Below, piece by piece: positions 24,918 through 36,212 of a stretch of DNA of 64,000 nucleotides. Below the pieces are notes generated by a model, which was not told the origin of the DNA, did not search any database, and was given only the letters and a program-made list of their open reading frames with translations. The stretch covers positions 17,858,001-17,922,000 of the forward strand of contig CM075988.1 in NCBI GenBank assembly GCA_038087875.1, written 5' to 3'. The number at the start of each line of letters is the position of its first letter. Within the stretch, counting starts at the first letter, position 1. Position numbers and translations under genes: made by a program. The DNA comes from Malacoraja senta (lineage: Eukaryota).

Positions 24918-26325
24918 CTGAGAACCCCCAGCCCATGGAGAGGTTCTACTCCTGTTCATAAGTTCATGTGCTCCGAGCAGAATTAGGCCATTCGGCCCAT
25001 CAAGTCTACTCCAACATTCAATCATGACTGATCTATCTTTCCCTCTAACCTCATTCTCCTGCCTTCTCCCCATAGCCCCTGACACCCGTACTAATCAAGA
25101 ATCTATCTATCTATCTATGCCTTAATGATATCCATTGACTTGTCCACAACCTTCTGGTGTCAACTAGCCTTCTACTCTCCTGGTTACCATCACAAAGAGC
25201 CCTGTGCCTCCTAAACCTTGTGTACACCTGAATCTAAACCAAAAGTGGTTATTCCTTTGAGAAGAATAACTTCTATAACAAACTCTTTAAGAAGGAACTG
25301 CAGATGCTGGAAAAATCTAAAGTAGACAAAAAATGCTGGAGAAACTCGGGGGGTGAGGCAGCATCTATGGAGAAAAGTAGTAGGTGAGGTTTCGGGTTGA
25401 GATCATCTCTTCCTGGGAAGCTACCTTCACTGATGAGACTAGTCATAGTGTCAACCAGTACAACATGCACTTCACCTGACCTGCAACGTGACTGAAGCAC
25501 AGCAAATAGTAACATAGAAAATAGGTGCAGGAGTAGGCCATTCGGCCCTTTGAGCCATTCAATATGATCACAGCTGATCATCCAAAATCAGTACCCCGTT
25601 CCTGCTTCCTCCCCATATCCCTTGACTCCGTTAGCCCTAAGAGCTATATCTAACTCCCTCTTGAATACATCAAATACGCTCATTAGTTTTGAGAGGAAAG
25701 GTAATGGAAAGTAGACAAAGGAAAGTGTTATGGAAAGTAGACAAAAAATGCTGGAGAAACTCAGCGTATGAGGCAGCATCTATGGAGAAAAGTAGTAGGT
25801 GACGTTTCGGGTCGAGACCCTTCTTCAGTAGAAGGGTCTCAACCCGAAACCTCACCTACTACTTTTCTCCATAGATGCTGCCTCACCCCCCGAGTTTCTC
25901 CAGCATTTTTTGTCTACTTTAGATTTTTCCAGCATCTGCAGTTCCTTCTTAAAGAGTTTGTTATAGAAGTTATTCTTCTCAAAGGAATAACCACTTTTGG
26001 TTTAGATTCAGGTGTACACAAGGTTTAGGAGGCACAGGGCTCTTTGTGATGGTAACCAGGAGAGTAGAAGGCTAGTTGACACCAGAAGGTTGTGGAGGAC
26101 AAGTCAATGGATATCATTAAGGCATAGATAGATAGATAGATTCTTGATTAGTACGGGTGTCAGGGGCTATGGGGAGAAGGCAGGAGAATGAGGTTTAGAG
26201 GGAAAGATAGATCAGTCATGATTGAATGTTGGAATAGACTTGATGGGCCGAATGGCCTAATTCTGCTCGGATCACATGAACTTATGAACAGGAGTAGAAC
26301 CTCTCCATGGGCTGGGGGTTCTCAG
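24918..26325. repeat. Long inverted repeat: arms 24918-25402 and 25837-26325, ~434-bp spacer
   Basis: Arms are reverse complements with about two substitutions and two small indels by eye, and include apparently unique sequence. Confidence 0.92.
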
Positions 26326-27945
26326 ACCAGGGACAGGTCTAAGGTGAGGATTGGAAGGGATACAAGAAAGAATTCTCTCAGCCATGGGTATCTACAGTTA
26401 GGAGTGGGCTGCTAAGGGGGTGGGGGAGGGGAGGGGGGGATGGGAATGCCGGTGTTCACTCAGTATGTAGAGAGCCTCAGGACAAGAATTGGAATCACCA
26501 AAGCAGAGGAGGGACAGTCCAAATGCTGATTAATGTAGATAGAGTGATCAATGTAGATAGGACTTGGTGGCTGGCAGGAACACAGAGGGCCGAAGGGTCT
26601 GCTTCTGTGCCAGGAGACCTTCTGACTCTATTTAATCGTTTTTCACCATTAAATGGGGGAGAGAAAACCGAGACTATTGACCCGCTAACATGTAGCTTGT
26701 CGGCAGGACATATACATGGAATGAGGATTGTTGTGACTGAACACTGAGCAAGGAATGACAGGACTGAGCAGAGTTTAATTTTGTTGGACTGGAATGGAGT
26801 ACTTTATTGCCACAGTGACAAGGCACAGTGAAATTCTTTGCTTGCATAACTAAGATATGTAAATAGTCGCCACATACAGCGCTGACAAAGTTACAAAGTA
26901 CGCCGACTCCTCCTTTGTTCTCCCCTTCCCCCTCCGCTCCAGGTCCGCCATTGTTCTCCCACCCCCCTCCCGATGGTCTCCCACACCAGGTCCTCCATTA
27001 TTCATCCCCCATTGTTTGGCGTTACAGCTTGGAAACAGGCTCTTCGGCTTACAAAAAGCTGGAGTAACTCAGAATCTCTGGAGAAAAGGAATAGGTGACG
27101 TTTCGGGTGGAGACTCCTTGTATTAGTTTAGTTTAGAAACACAGCGAGGAAACAAGACCTGGACCTACCAAGTCCGCGCCGCACACAATAACACTATCCT
27201 AACACACACTAGCAACAATTTACATATATGCCAAGCCAATTAACCTACAAACCTGTATGTCTTGGGATGTATGGGAGATCCTGGAGAAAACCCACGCAGG
27301 TCACGGGGAGAATATACAAACAAGCGCCCGCAGTTAGGATTAAATCCGGGTCTCTTGCACTATAGGGCAGCAACTCTACCGTTACGCCACCCGTGTCACC
27401 CTATTCACATTCTATTTGCCTTTTTTTTTAACACAAAATTAAATGTATACAGTTGTGTACAATAGTATTTACACATCAGACTGTAAAAAAACACCCTGTA
27501 TCAGAATACAAAATTGCCAAGTATTCCATACTAGTAAACAAATGACTATATCACAATCCTGATCCAGTTGACTAATCTGTCCTTCCACAGTCTACGTCGG
27601 CAAGAACACATTACGTCATTTGCAGCTCTGTTGACGGAGTTAAAGGGAGAATGTCATGAACACGTCTGCGGAGGACGACAATTAAACATCAAGAGTGGAA
27701 AGATGCTGTCCCCTGCAGCTGAGGCAGTTGCTAAACAGCATTCTACAATCCAGTTCTGCAGGCTGACCTTTCTAGCTCAGTATCTCAGCAATGCAGCTGA
27801 GGGAGGTGCTTGCGTAGAGTCTGACAGATAAAGGAAGGTTACCGAGCAATGCCAATCAACTCGCGGCAGATATCGCTCTGTTTATATCTCTTTTGTTCCA
27901 GTTTTGGAATGATATGCGAATCAACTTGCAACAATATATATTTTT

Positions 27946-28220
27946 TGTTTAGTTTAGAGATACAGCGTGGAAACAGGCGGACCCTTTGTCCCACCGAGTC
28001 CGCAACGACCAGCGATCCCCGCATACTCGCACTATCCTACACTCTAGGTGCAACTTACCAAAGCCATTTAACCTACAAACCTGTGCTCCTTTAGTGTGTG
28101 GGAGGAAACCGCACAGGGAGAAAGTACAAACTCCGTAGAGACAGCACCGGTAGTCAGGATCCAATCCGGATCTCTGGCGATGTAAGGCAGCAGCTCTACC
28201 ACTGTGCCACCATGCCACCC
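27946..28220 (-). mobile_element. tRNA-derived SINE (HE1/V-SINE-like)
   Basis: Family match; another copy lies at ~27124-27400. Confidence 0.8.
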
Positions 28221-28893
28221 CGCCAATTTACATAGTTTCAACCAACGTCATTTGCATGTTGCAGGGGGCTTTAGTGTTCAATGTGTGGTATTCTGGCCAG
28301 CGTTTGTTGAATTTCTGGAGAGCAACATCATTGTGTTGAAACAGCCTGAATGGGGAACACTCTGCCGAAAGAAACCTGCAATCTCCACCCACCCCCTTCA
28401 ACGCTTCCTGAGCAGGCAGACATGTCAATGTCCACCACAGTTCAGACAGCAGCAGGAGATTCCAGTCCAGGACAAGTGGGGAAAATGCAGTGGGTGGGAA
28501 GGAACTGTAGATGCTGGTTTACACCAAAGATAGACACAAAATGCTGGAGTAACAGCGGATCAGGCAGCATCTCTGGAGAGAAAGTAAGTGCAGACCTGGC
28601 CCATCAAGATCACACCCTCCAGCCCCATGTTGAACCTAATAGACTGGAGGACACAGTTGCTGCTAGGACTTTTCTTTCTTAGACATTTCCATCACTAACT
28701 ATTGCAGGATGACCACTTTACTTCTCTAGGTTCACACTCCCCCTACTCCCCCACTCCCAGCTGCCCACTGGCTTCTGCTCCTTCCCCCTCCCCCCCTCTG
28801 TGTCCCACCAGTTTTTCTCCGCCTGCTACTTTCCTCCCTCAGATTTCACAATCCATAACTTCTTCTGACCTGTCACATACCTTCTGCTGTTAT

Positions 28894-29677
28894 TGTTAAT
28901 CCTGGCTAAATTGGAGAGGCTAGGACTTCAAAATGGGGTAAAAGCTTCAGGGAGATTTGGTAAATTTACTGGGAGATTTGGTAAATTTGGAATTGCTCTC
29001 TGTGGAGCTGGGACAAGCTGCGGTGGTGCCAGTGTGTCTAGAGCTTGGATACAATTTGCAAACAAAGATAAGAACATCTGCAAACCCTGTCAATTAGGTG
29101 CAAAATGCATAGAATGGATTGGATGGCTGCAAACCAGACATACACATTGTAAATAATTGTAAATAATGTTGCAGAGTTTGACTTTGCCGAGTGTTGATTG
29201 GATGAGGTATTGAGCCTTGTCTGGGTTTCTTGTAGATCAGGGTAAATGTTTCTAAATTGGTTTCCCTACGAAGTCCGGTTTGAATACAATGTATTGAGCT
29301 GCTGTATTATTGGGTTAGGGAAATGTCTGTTGTGTATGAGGTTAATTGATATCTGTAATTGGGTTACTAAGAGACCACCCCCATGTGGTTCGGCCCCTCG
29401 AGGTCCCGGGACATATAAAAATCCACTACCACGAGGTCCAGCATCGATCTTCTGGAAGTGCGCTCGGGACTGCGTGAACTTCTGGAGTGTCTCTGTCTGA
29501 GCGAGGCCTAGAGGGCTTGAACAAGCAGATACGAGGATTGAACCCACGGTGGGATAGGTACAGTAGTTGAAGTGTGACGCGCTTTTGTTAAAATAAAATG
29601 TAGTTGTTACAAGTGCTTGATTCAGTGCTTTTACTGAAACTGGACTGGGGGGGAAGCTTAGAAACGAGCAATTATCA
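28894..29677 (+). mobile_element. Solo LTR (ERV1- or Gypsy-type), 784 bp
   Basis: TGTTAAT...ATTATCA termini, 4-bp TSD TTAT/TTAC, TATA-like CATATAAAAA (~29412), AATAAA (~29592); it splits a Penelope 3' UTR that rejoins across it. Confidence 0.7.
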
Positions 29678-29912
29678 TTACCACTGGACTTTGTTCCAAC
29701 CATCTGCCTATCAAAATACCCCCTTGCCTGTGACCACCAATTACCTGCCATGCTCTGTCCTGCCTCTCCCCTCCTTCAGCTTTCTTCTCCCCCACTTACA
29801 ATCAGTCTGAAGAAGGGTCTCGACCTGAAACGTCACCTATCCATGTTCTCCATGTTCAGCCTGACCTGCTGAGTTACTCCAGCACTTTGTGTCCTGTTGT
29901 CTATTAACCACG

Positions 29913-30203
29913 GTAGGATGGTGGCACAGTGGTAGAGTTGCTGCCTTACAGCACCAGGTTCGATCCTGACCACAGGTGCTGTCTGTACGGAGTTTGTATG
30001 CTCTCCCTGTGACTGCATGGGGTTTTCTCCGGATGCTCCGGCTTCCTCCCACACTCCAAAGACATACAGGTTTGTAGGTCAATTGGTTTCTGTAAATTGC
30101 CCCTCGTGTATGTAGGATAGTGCCAATGTACGAGGTGATCGCTGGTTGGCACAGACTCGGTGGGCTGAAGGGCCTGTTTCCATGCTGTATCTCTAAAGTC
30201 TAA
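29913..30203 (+). mobile_element. tRNA-derived SINE (HE1/V-SINE-like)
   Basis: A-box TGGCACAGTGG, B-box GGTTCGATCC. Confidence 0.85.
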
Positions 30204-30867
30204 ACCAGCATCTGCAGTGCTTGCTTTCCACACAGTAACCGCGGCAGACGCTAGCCTGGGTACGTTTCAGGGGAAATCTATTCCAGTCATTAATTGCTTT
30301 GCTCTTCCCTTAGGATTTGATGAAAGTGCCATATTTGTGTGCATGTGATGTATCGGTGCATTGGGCACTGCTGCTGTTTGAAGATCACACATTGATTGTC
30401 CGCATCATTTATCAGCGCGACCTTCATGCGGTCATCTCCTTGGAGAGCCCGACGCAAGCCACGTGGACAGCTGCACACTTACAGCAACGTTAATCAGCTT
30501 TAAAAGTCTTTGCAGCGTTTCACCCCACCTCCTCCACCCCCCCCCCACACTTTTTTTTTTAAGTGCTCAGCTCTTATCGTGTTCCCAAACATTTAATTCA
30601 CAAAATGTGCACATCATTGACAAGGTCAGTGACTATCGTCAGCAGCCGCTGCTGAACGGTTGCTTCGTGTATCATTCAGGCTCCGTCACTTTTACACTGA
30701 CGCTTCACTGCAGCGCTATTTATTTATTTATTTATTTATTTCGTTTGCGTTCCCTGCCTGCCTTGGTGGGAATCGAACCCATGCTTTCAGGTCAATAGCC
30801 CCAGGCCTCCATGCACTAACTTAGTCACTATGAAGTTACTGAACAAACCATTGATGATGTTGATTCG

Positions 30868-31175
30868 TTTAGGTTTAGTTTAGTTTAGAGATACAGTGCA
30901 GAAACAGGCCCTTCGGCCCACTGAGTCCGTACCGGCCAGCGATCAACCTGTACACTAGCACTATCCTACACACTAGGGACAACTTATAATTTTTACTGAT
31001 TTTTACCAATTAACCTATAAACCTCTGTGTCAGTGGAATGTGGGAGGAAATCGGAGCACCCAGGGAAAGCCTACGCGGTCACGGGGAGAACGTACAAACT
31101 CCATACAGACAGTACCGTAGTCACGATCAAACCCGGGCAAGACACAAACTCTACCGCTGTGCCACCGTGTCGCCC
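30868..31175 (-). mobile_element. tRNA-derived SINE (HE1/V-SINE-like)
   Basis: Family match with (tttag)n tail on the plus strand. Confidence 0.8.
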
Positions 31176-31992
31176 TATTAGAGAGGTGGTGGAGAATTCA
31201 TTGCGCCTACTTCCACTACAATGGGATTTTTCACATCTGCCTGAGAGACTGGGCTGGATTAACATCTCGAGGCTCGACCGGGTGCGATTGGCCACAATGC
31301 ATAAGTCGGCAGACAACGGGGGTTAAAGCGTGCCCAACGTCGCCCTCACCATGATGGCCACCTTTGTGTGTGGCTGCATCAGGCGGAGCTTAGAACCAAG
31401 GCACGTGGGCACCAAGTGTCACTACCTGTTGAGGTTCTACCTGTCCCCGGTGTTGCGAAGGATGGGCCTGGCACAGATGCCACGCAATGTGCCAGTCAGC
31501 TGGACATTGCCGCACCATCTGTCGTTCATGGAAAGGTTCTTCCGGACCAACACCTTTGACCACGTCCATCGGGCAGTGGTCAGCACGGAACGTCCTGCAG
31601 GCACTGCAGGGAAATGACTCCATGAATCCTGTGGCATGGTTCCCAGAGCAGACTGCCCAGCTTGTCTGGCAAAATACCTCATCGCCAGAACTCACCAACA
31701 AGCACCAAGACCTGGCTTGGCTGGCGGTGAGGGGAGCCCTCCCAGTCAGATCCTTCCTGCACCGTCAGAACCTCACTACCAGCGTACGCTGCCCTCGGGA
31801 CGGCTCCTATGGAGAGGAGACGGTTGCCCACCTCTTTCGCAGAGTGTGGATTTGCAAAGAGAGTCTGGAGAGGTTTGCAAGGGTCCCTGTCACGATTTAT
31901 TCCGAGCAGCTCTGTCACAGAGAATTCTGTGATTTACGGACTGTTCAGAGACTGACATCGAGTGCTGCTGGAAGGTCATCAACTCGGTGAAA

Positions 31993-33965
31993 CCAACCCT
32001 GCCGACAAGGGAGGTGCCGTGGTAGTCTGGTGCGCTGATCTCTACAAGGCTGAGGCCACGCGCCAACTCTCAGACACCTCCTCCTACTTAACCCTGGACC
32101 ATGACCCCACAGACGTGCACCAGGCCACTATCTCCAGCACCATCACTGACTTAATCAACTCCAGCTCCCTGCCCTCCCAAGCCTCCAACCTCATTGTTCC
32201 CCAGCCCCGCGCGACCCGATTTTACCTTCACCCCAAAATCCACAAACCTGACTGTCCTGGCAGACCCATTGTTTCAGCGTGTTCGTGTCCTACCGAACTT
32301 ATTTCCACTTACCTTGACTCCATCCTATCCCCCTGGTCAAATCGCTCCCGACCTATGTACAAGACACCTCACACGCTCTTCGTCTACTCCAGGACCCGTT
32401 CTCTAGGCCCCCATTCCCTCATCTTCACCATGGATGTCCAGTCACTCTACACCTCCATCCCCACCAGGAGGGTCTCAAAGCCCTCCGGTTCTTCCTCGAC
32501 TGCAGAACCAACCAATCCCCGTCTACTGATACTCTCCTCCGCCTAGTGGAGCTGGTCCTTACCCTTAACAACTTTTCCTTTGACTCCTCCCATTTCCTCC
32601 AAATACAAGGCGTAGCTATGGGCACGCGCATGGGCCCCAGCTATGCCTGCCTCTTTGTAGGGTACATCAAACAATCCTTGTTCAAGGCGTACCGTGGCAC
32701 TATCCCCGAACTCTCTCTCTGCTACATCCACGACTGCATTGGTGCCACATCCTGTACCCACACACAACTCACTGACTTCATCCATTTCACCACTAACTTC
32801 CATCCGGCACTCAAATACACCTGGACCATTTCCGACATTTCCCTACAATTTCTTGACCTCACTATCTCCATCGCAGGTGATAGACTTCTGACCGACATCC
32901 ACTATAAACCCACTGACTCCCATGGCTATCTGGACTACACTTCTTCCCACCCTGCTTCCTGTAAGGACTCCATCCCCTACTCCCAATTCCTCTGTCTACG
33001 CCGCATCTGCACCCAGGATGAGGTGTTCCACACCAGGGCATCGGCGATGTCCTCATTCTTCAGGGAACGGGGGTTCCCCTCTTCTACTATAGATGAGGCT
33101 CTCACCATGGTCTCTTCTATACCCCGTGACGCTGCTCTCACTCCCCATCCCCCCACTCGTAACAAGGGCAGAGTCCCCCTTGTCCTTACCTTCCATCCTA
33201 CCAGCCATCACATACAACAAATAATCCTCCGACATTTTCGCCACCTCCAACGTGATCCCACCACTAGCCACATCTTTCCATCTCCTCCCGTCTGCTTTCC
33301 ACAGAGACTGCTCCCTCCGTAACTCCCTGGTCAATTCGTCCCTTCCCACCCGTACCACCCCCTCTCCGGGCACTTTCCCTTGCAACTGCAGGAAATGCTA
33401 CACTTGTCCCTTTACCTCCCCCCTTGACTCCAGTGAAGGATCCAAGCAGTCTTTCCAGGTGCGGCAGAGGTTCACCTGCATCTCCTCCAACCTCATCTAT
33501 TGCATCCGTTGCTCTAGATGTCAGCTGATCTACATCGGTGAGACCAAGCGTAGGCTTGGCGATCGCTTCGCCCAACACCTCCACTCGGTTCATACTAACC
33601 AACCTGATCACCCGGTGGCTCAGCACTTCAACTCCCCCTCCCATTCCGAATCTGACCTTTCCGTCCTGGGCCTCCTCCATGGCCAGAGTGAGGACTACCG
33701 TAAATTGGAGGAGCAGCACCTCATATTTCGCTTGGGCAGTTTGCACCCCAGCGGTATGAACATTGACTTCTCTAATTTCAGGTAGCCCTTACTTTCTCCT
33801 CCCCTTCTCAGCTCTCCCTCAGCCCACTGTCTCCACCTCTTCCTTTCTTCTTCCCGCCCCCACCCTCACATCAGTCTGAAGAAGGGTCTCGACCCGAAAC
33901 GTTGCCTATTTTCTTCGCTCCTTAGATGCTGCCTCACCCGCTGAGTTTCTCCAGCATTTTTGCCT
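31993..33965 (+). mobile_element. Penelope-like retroelement (Neptune-type), 5'-truncated, RT plus GIY-YIG endonuclease, frameshifted
   Basis: PADKGGAVVVW, PKIHKP..PGRPIVS, GVAMGTRMGPSYACLF, YIHD (decayed YIDD), Cys linker CNCRKCYTC, NLIYCIRC..C.LIYIGETKRRL..RF.QH; 12-bp TSD AACTCGGTGAAA at 31981-31992 and 33966-33977. Confidence 0.93.
33876..33903 (+). ncRNA. Putative minimal hammerhead ribozyme motif in the Penelope terminus
   Basis: CUGAAGA-A-GGGUCUCGACCC-GAAA-CGUU, about 90 nt after the GIY-YIG stop codon; stem I is weak. Confidence 0.6.
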
Positions 33966-36057
33966 AACTCGGTGAAAGACGCTCTTTGGTCTGCCCGAGC
34001 TTTGTTGACCTCCCATCAGAGCGAGGTGTCCGTCGGGGAATGTTGCCGACTGGCCCGCTGCAGACTGCAGGAGTACGTGCTGAGGGATGTATCAAAGCTT
34101 GGTGAAGCCAACGCCAAGGCTCTGTGGACCACAGTCTCGGTTCCTTCCACTGCTGGACATGGGGGGCAGGATGTGGTGGAGATGCCCCTCAAAATAAGGG
34201 AAGGGATTCCACGACAGTGGGCCACATGAGTGGCAAGGGTGTGAGGTAAATTTGTGTAATGAATGTATGTATAGCCTCTGAGAATGTCGGGGGGAGTTTT
34301 GTAAGGATCATGTATTGTATATATTTATTTCTCAAATAAAGTATATTTTGAAATTAAAAAAAATTAAAAAAATCAAAGATACACTTCAGACAGTGTAGTG
34401 GTCCTAGTGACTGCAGTGGTGAACAGCACGCATCCACAGTCTGTAATGTAGTGCAGTGCTCTCGCAGTGACTCCACTGGACTGCAGCACTCTCTTAACTG
34501 GACAGATACATGTATAGGACAGGGTTAGAGGGATATGTGCCAAGCGCAGGCAGGCGGGACTAGTGTAGATTGGACATGTTGGTCGGTGTGGGCAAGTTGG
34601 GCCGAAGGTCCTGTTTCCACGCTGCATGGTTCTATGGGATCACCAACATTCTCATCCAAGTCATTCACACAAGGTCCCGTCACCAATCCATGCAGTACAC
34701 AGACCTCGAGTCAGTAAAACACATGGCCACCACTACCTCCTGCCCATACTCAAGCCAATTTTCCATACAGTTTACCATCTTGAAACCCATGTGCACTAAC
34801 GTTTTTGATTAGCCCACTTCGCGGATATTTCTCAAAAGTCTTGTTAACCTAAACTCCATCTGCTGCCCTATACCAATTTTCTTAATGACCTCCTCAAAAA
34901 GATCAGATTTGGGAGACCAGATGTCCTGTGCACCAAGCCATTCTGACTTCTCCTAGTCTCTGCTTCCCAACTAAACATAAATCATGTCTCTTGGAACTTT
35001 TCCCAATAATTTCCCGACTGCCCCTTTCTTAACTGGGGGCCAACATTAGCTCTCCTCGTCTCAGGCACCTCACCCCTGGATAACGAAGATGCCAACATCC
35101 CTGATAGAGCCTCATTGTTCTCCTCACTTGCTTCTGGTAGCATCCTGGAATAGATCTTGCCAGTCCCTGGGGATTGTACTCGAGTACAATACGATTGCAC
35201 GCAAACTAAGAAGCTTTTCACTGTGTCGCGGTACAGGTGACAGCTTGTAATAAATCAATACATTCGGAAGGGCAAATCTCCAGGGGAACGTGTACCGATA
35301 TCTCCAACGCTTCCTCCCTCCTGACACAGACAGTGTCCGTCCCTCACCTCTCCCTCACCACTCCCTCCTCCACATCTTCACCCTGCTGAATACTAACGAG
35401 AAGTCTACCTTTAGACTCTGCTGATATCTCCCTGGCTCCACACACACTTTTCTTCCTTGGTCCCTGAGGGAACATTCCCCTTCCTCAGATACCTTCTCCT
35501 TTCTATTGATAGTCATACAGCTTAGAAACAGGCCCATCGGCCCAACTTGCCCATGCCGACCAACATGCCCCATCTACACATCCCACCTGCCTATGTTTGG
35601 CCCGTATCACTCTACGCTATCCCTAGAATGCATGGACCCATCCAATCTATGTACCAGTCTAAATGCTTCTATAAAAGTTGCAATAGTACCTGCCACGACT
35701 GCCTCCTCCGGAAATTGACAGAAAATGCTGGAGTAACTCAGGGGGTCAGGCAACATCTCTGGAGAAAATAATAGGTGATGTTTTGGGTTGGAACCCTGCT
35801 TCAGACTGAAAGGTAGAGGTGGGGGAGATGTGGGTGGAGGGGGAGGAGGCGAGAAAAGGCCAGTCCCTCTGCCGACAGCTCGTTCCATACACCCACCACC
35901 CTCTGTGTAAAATAAGTTGCCCCTCGGGTTCTTATTCAATCTTTCCCCCCCCCCCCCAAAGGTTCAGAGACGCACCTTATCCCCCATTGCCATGGTCATG
36001 TCAAGTCCTGGGCAAGGGGAGAACAAACTGGGATGGACCAAACACCGAGCCACTGAC

Positions 36058-36212
36058 CTGCAATGCAGAGAGAGCCACCGCCCCACAGAGGCAGACGAGC
36101 GGGTAGATGGGGAAGAGGAAGCGTTCTTCCTTGTGTGGCCGAGTGAAGAAGATCAGGATCCAGATGTACATGGGCGAGAGGGTCAGCCAGTACGGACGGC
36201 CAAGGTTGTGCA
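36058..36212 (-). CDS. ALG9: ALG9 coding exon (approx. exon 10, 155 nt); (V)HNLGRPYWLTLSPMYIWILIFFTRPHKEERFLFPIYPLVCLCGAVALSALQ
   Basis: GT22 signature PHKEERFLFP.YP; acceptor ttgcag, donor gtcagt. Confidence 0.97.

Larger units (their letters stand above)
31265..34372 (+). mobile_element. Tx1-like (L1 clade) LINE 3' portion, split by a Penelope insertion
   Basis: RLDRVR...GG.SVPNVAL, LAWLAVRGALPVRSFLH, zinc-knuckle-like CPRDG..GEETVAHL, then CCWKVINSVK|DALWSAR...CCRLARCRLQEYVLRD; AATAAA and A-rich tail at ~34335-34372. Confidence 0.8.

Noticed and set aside
30750..30830. Minus-strand B-box GGTTCGATTCC, possible tRNA or old SINE head
   Set aside because: No convincing A-box or cloverleaf; too little to call.
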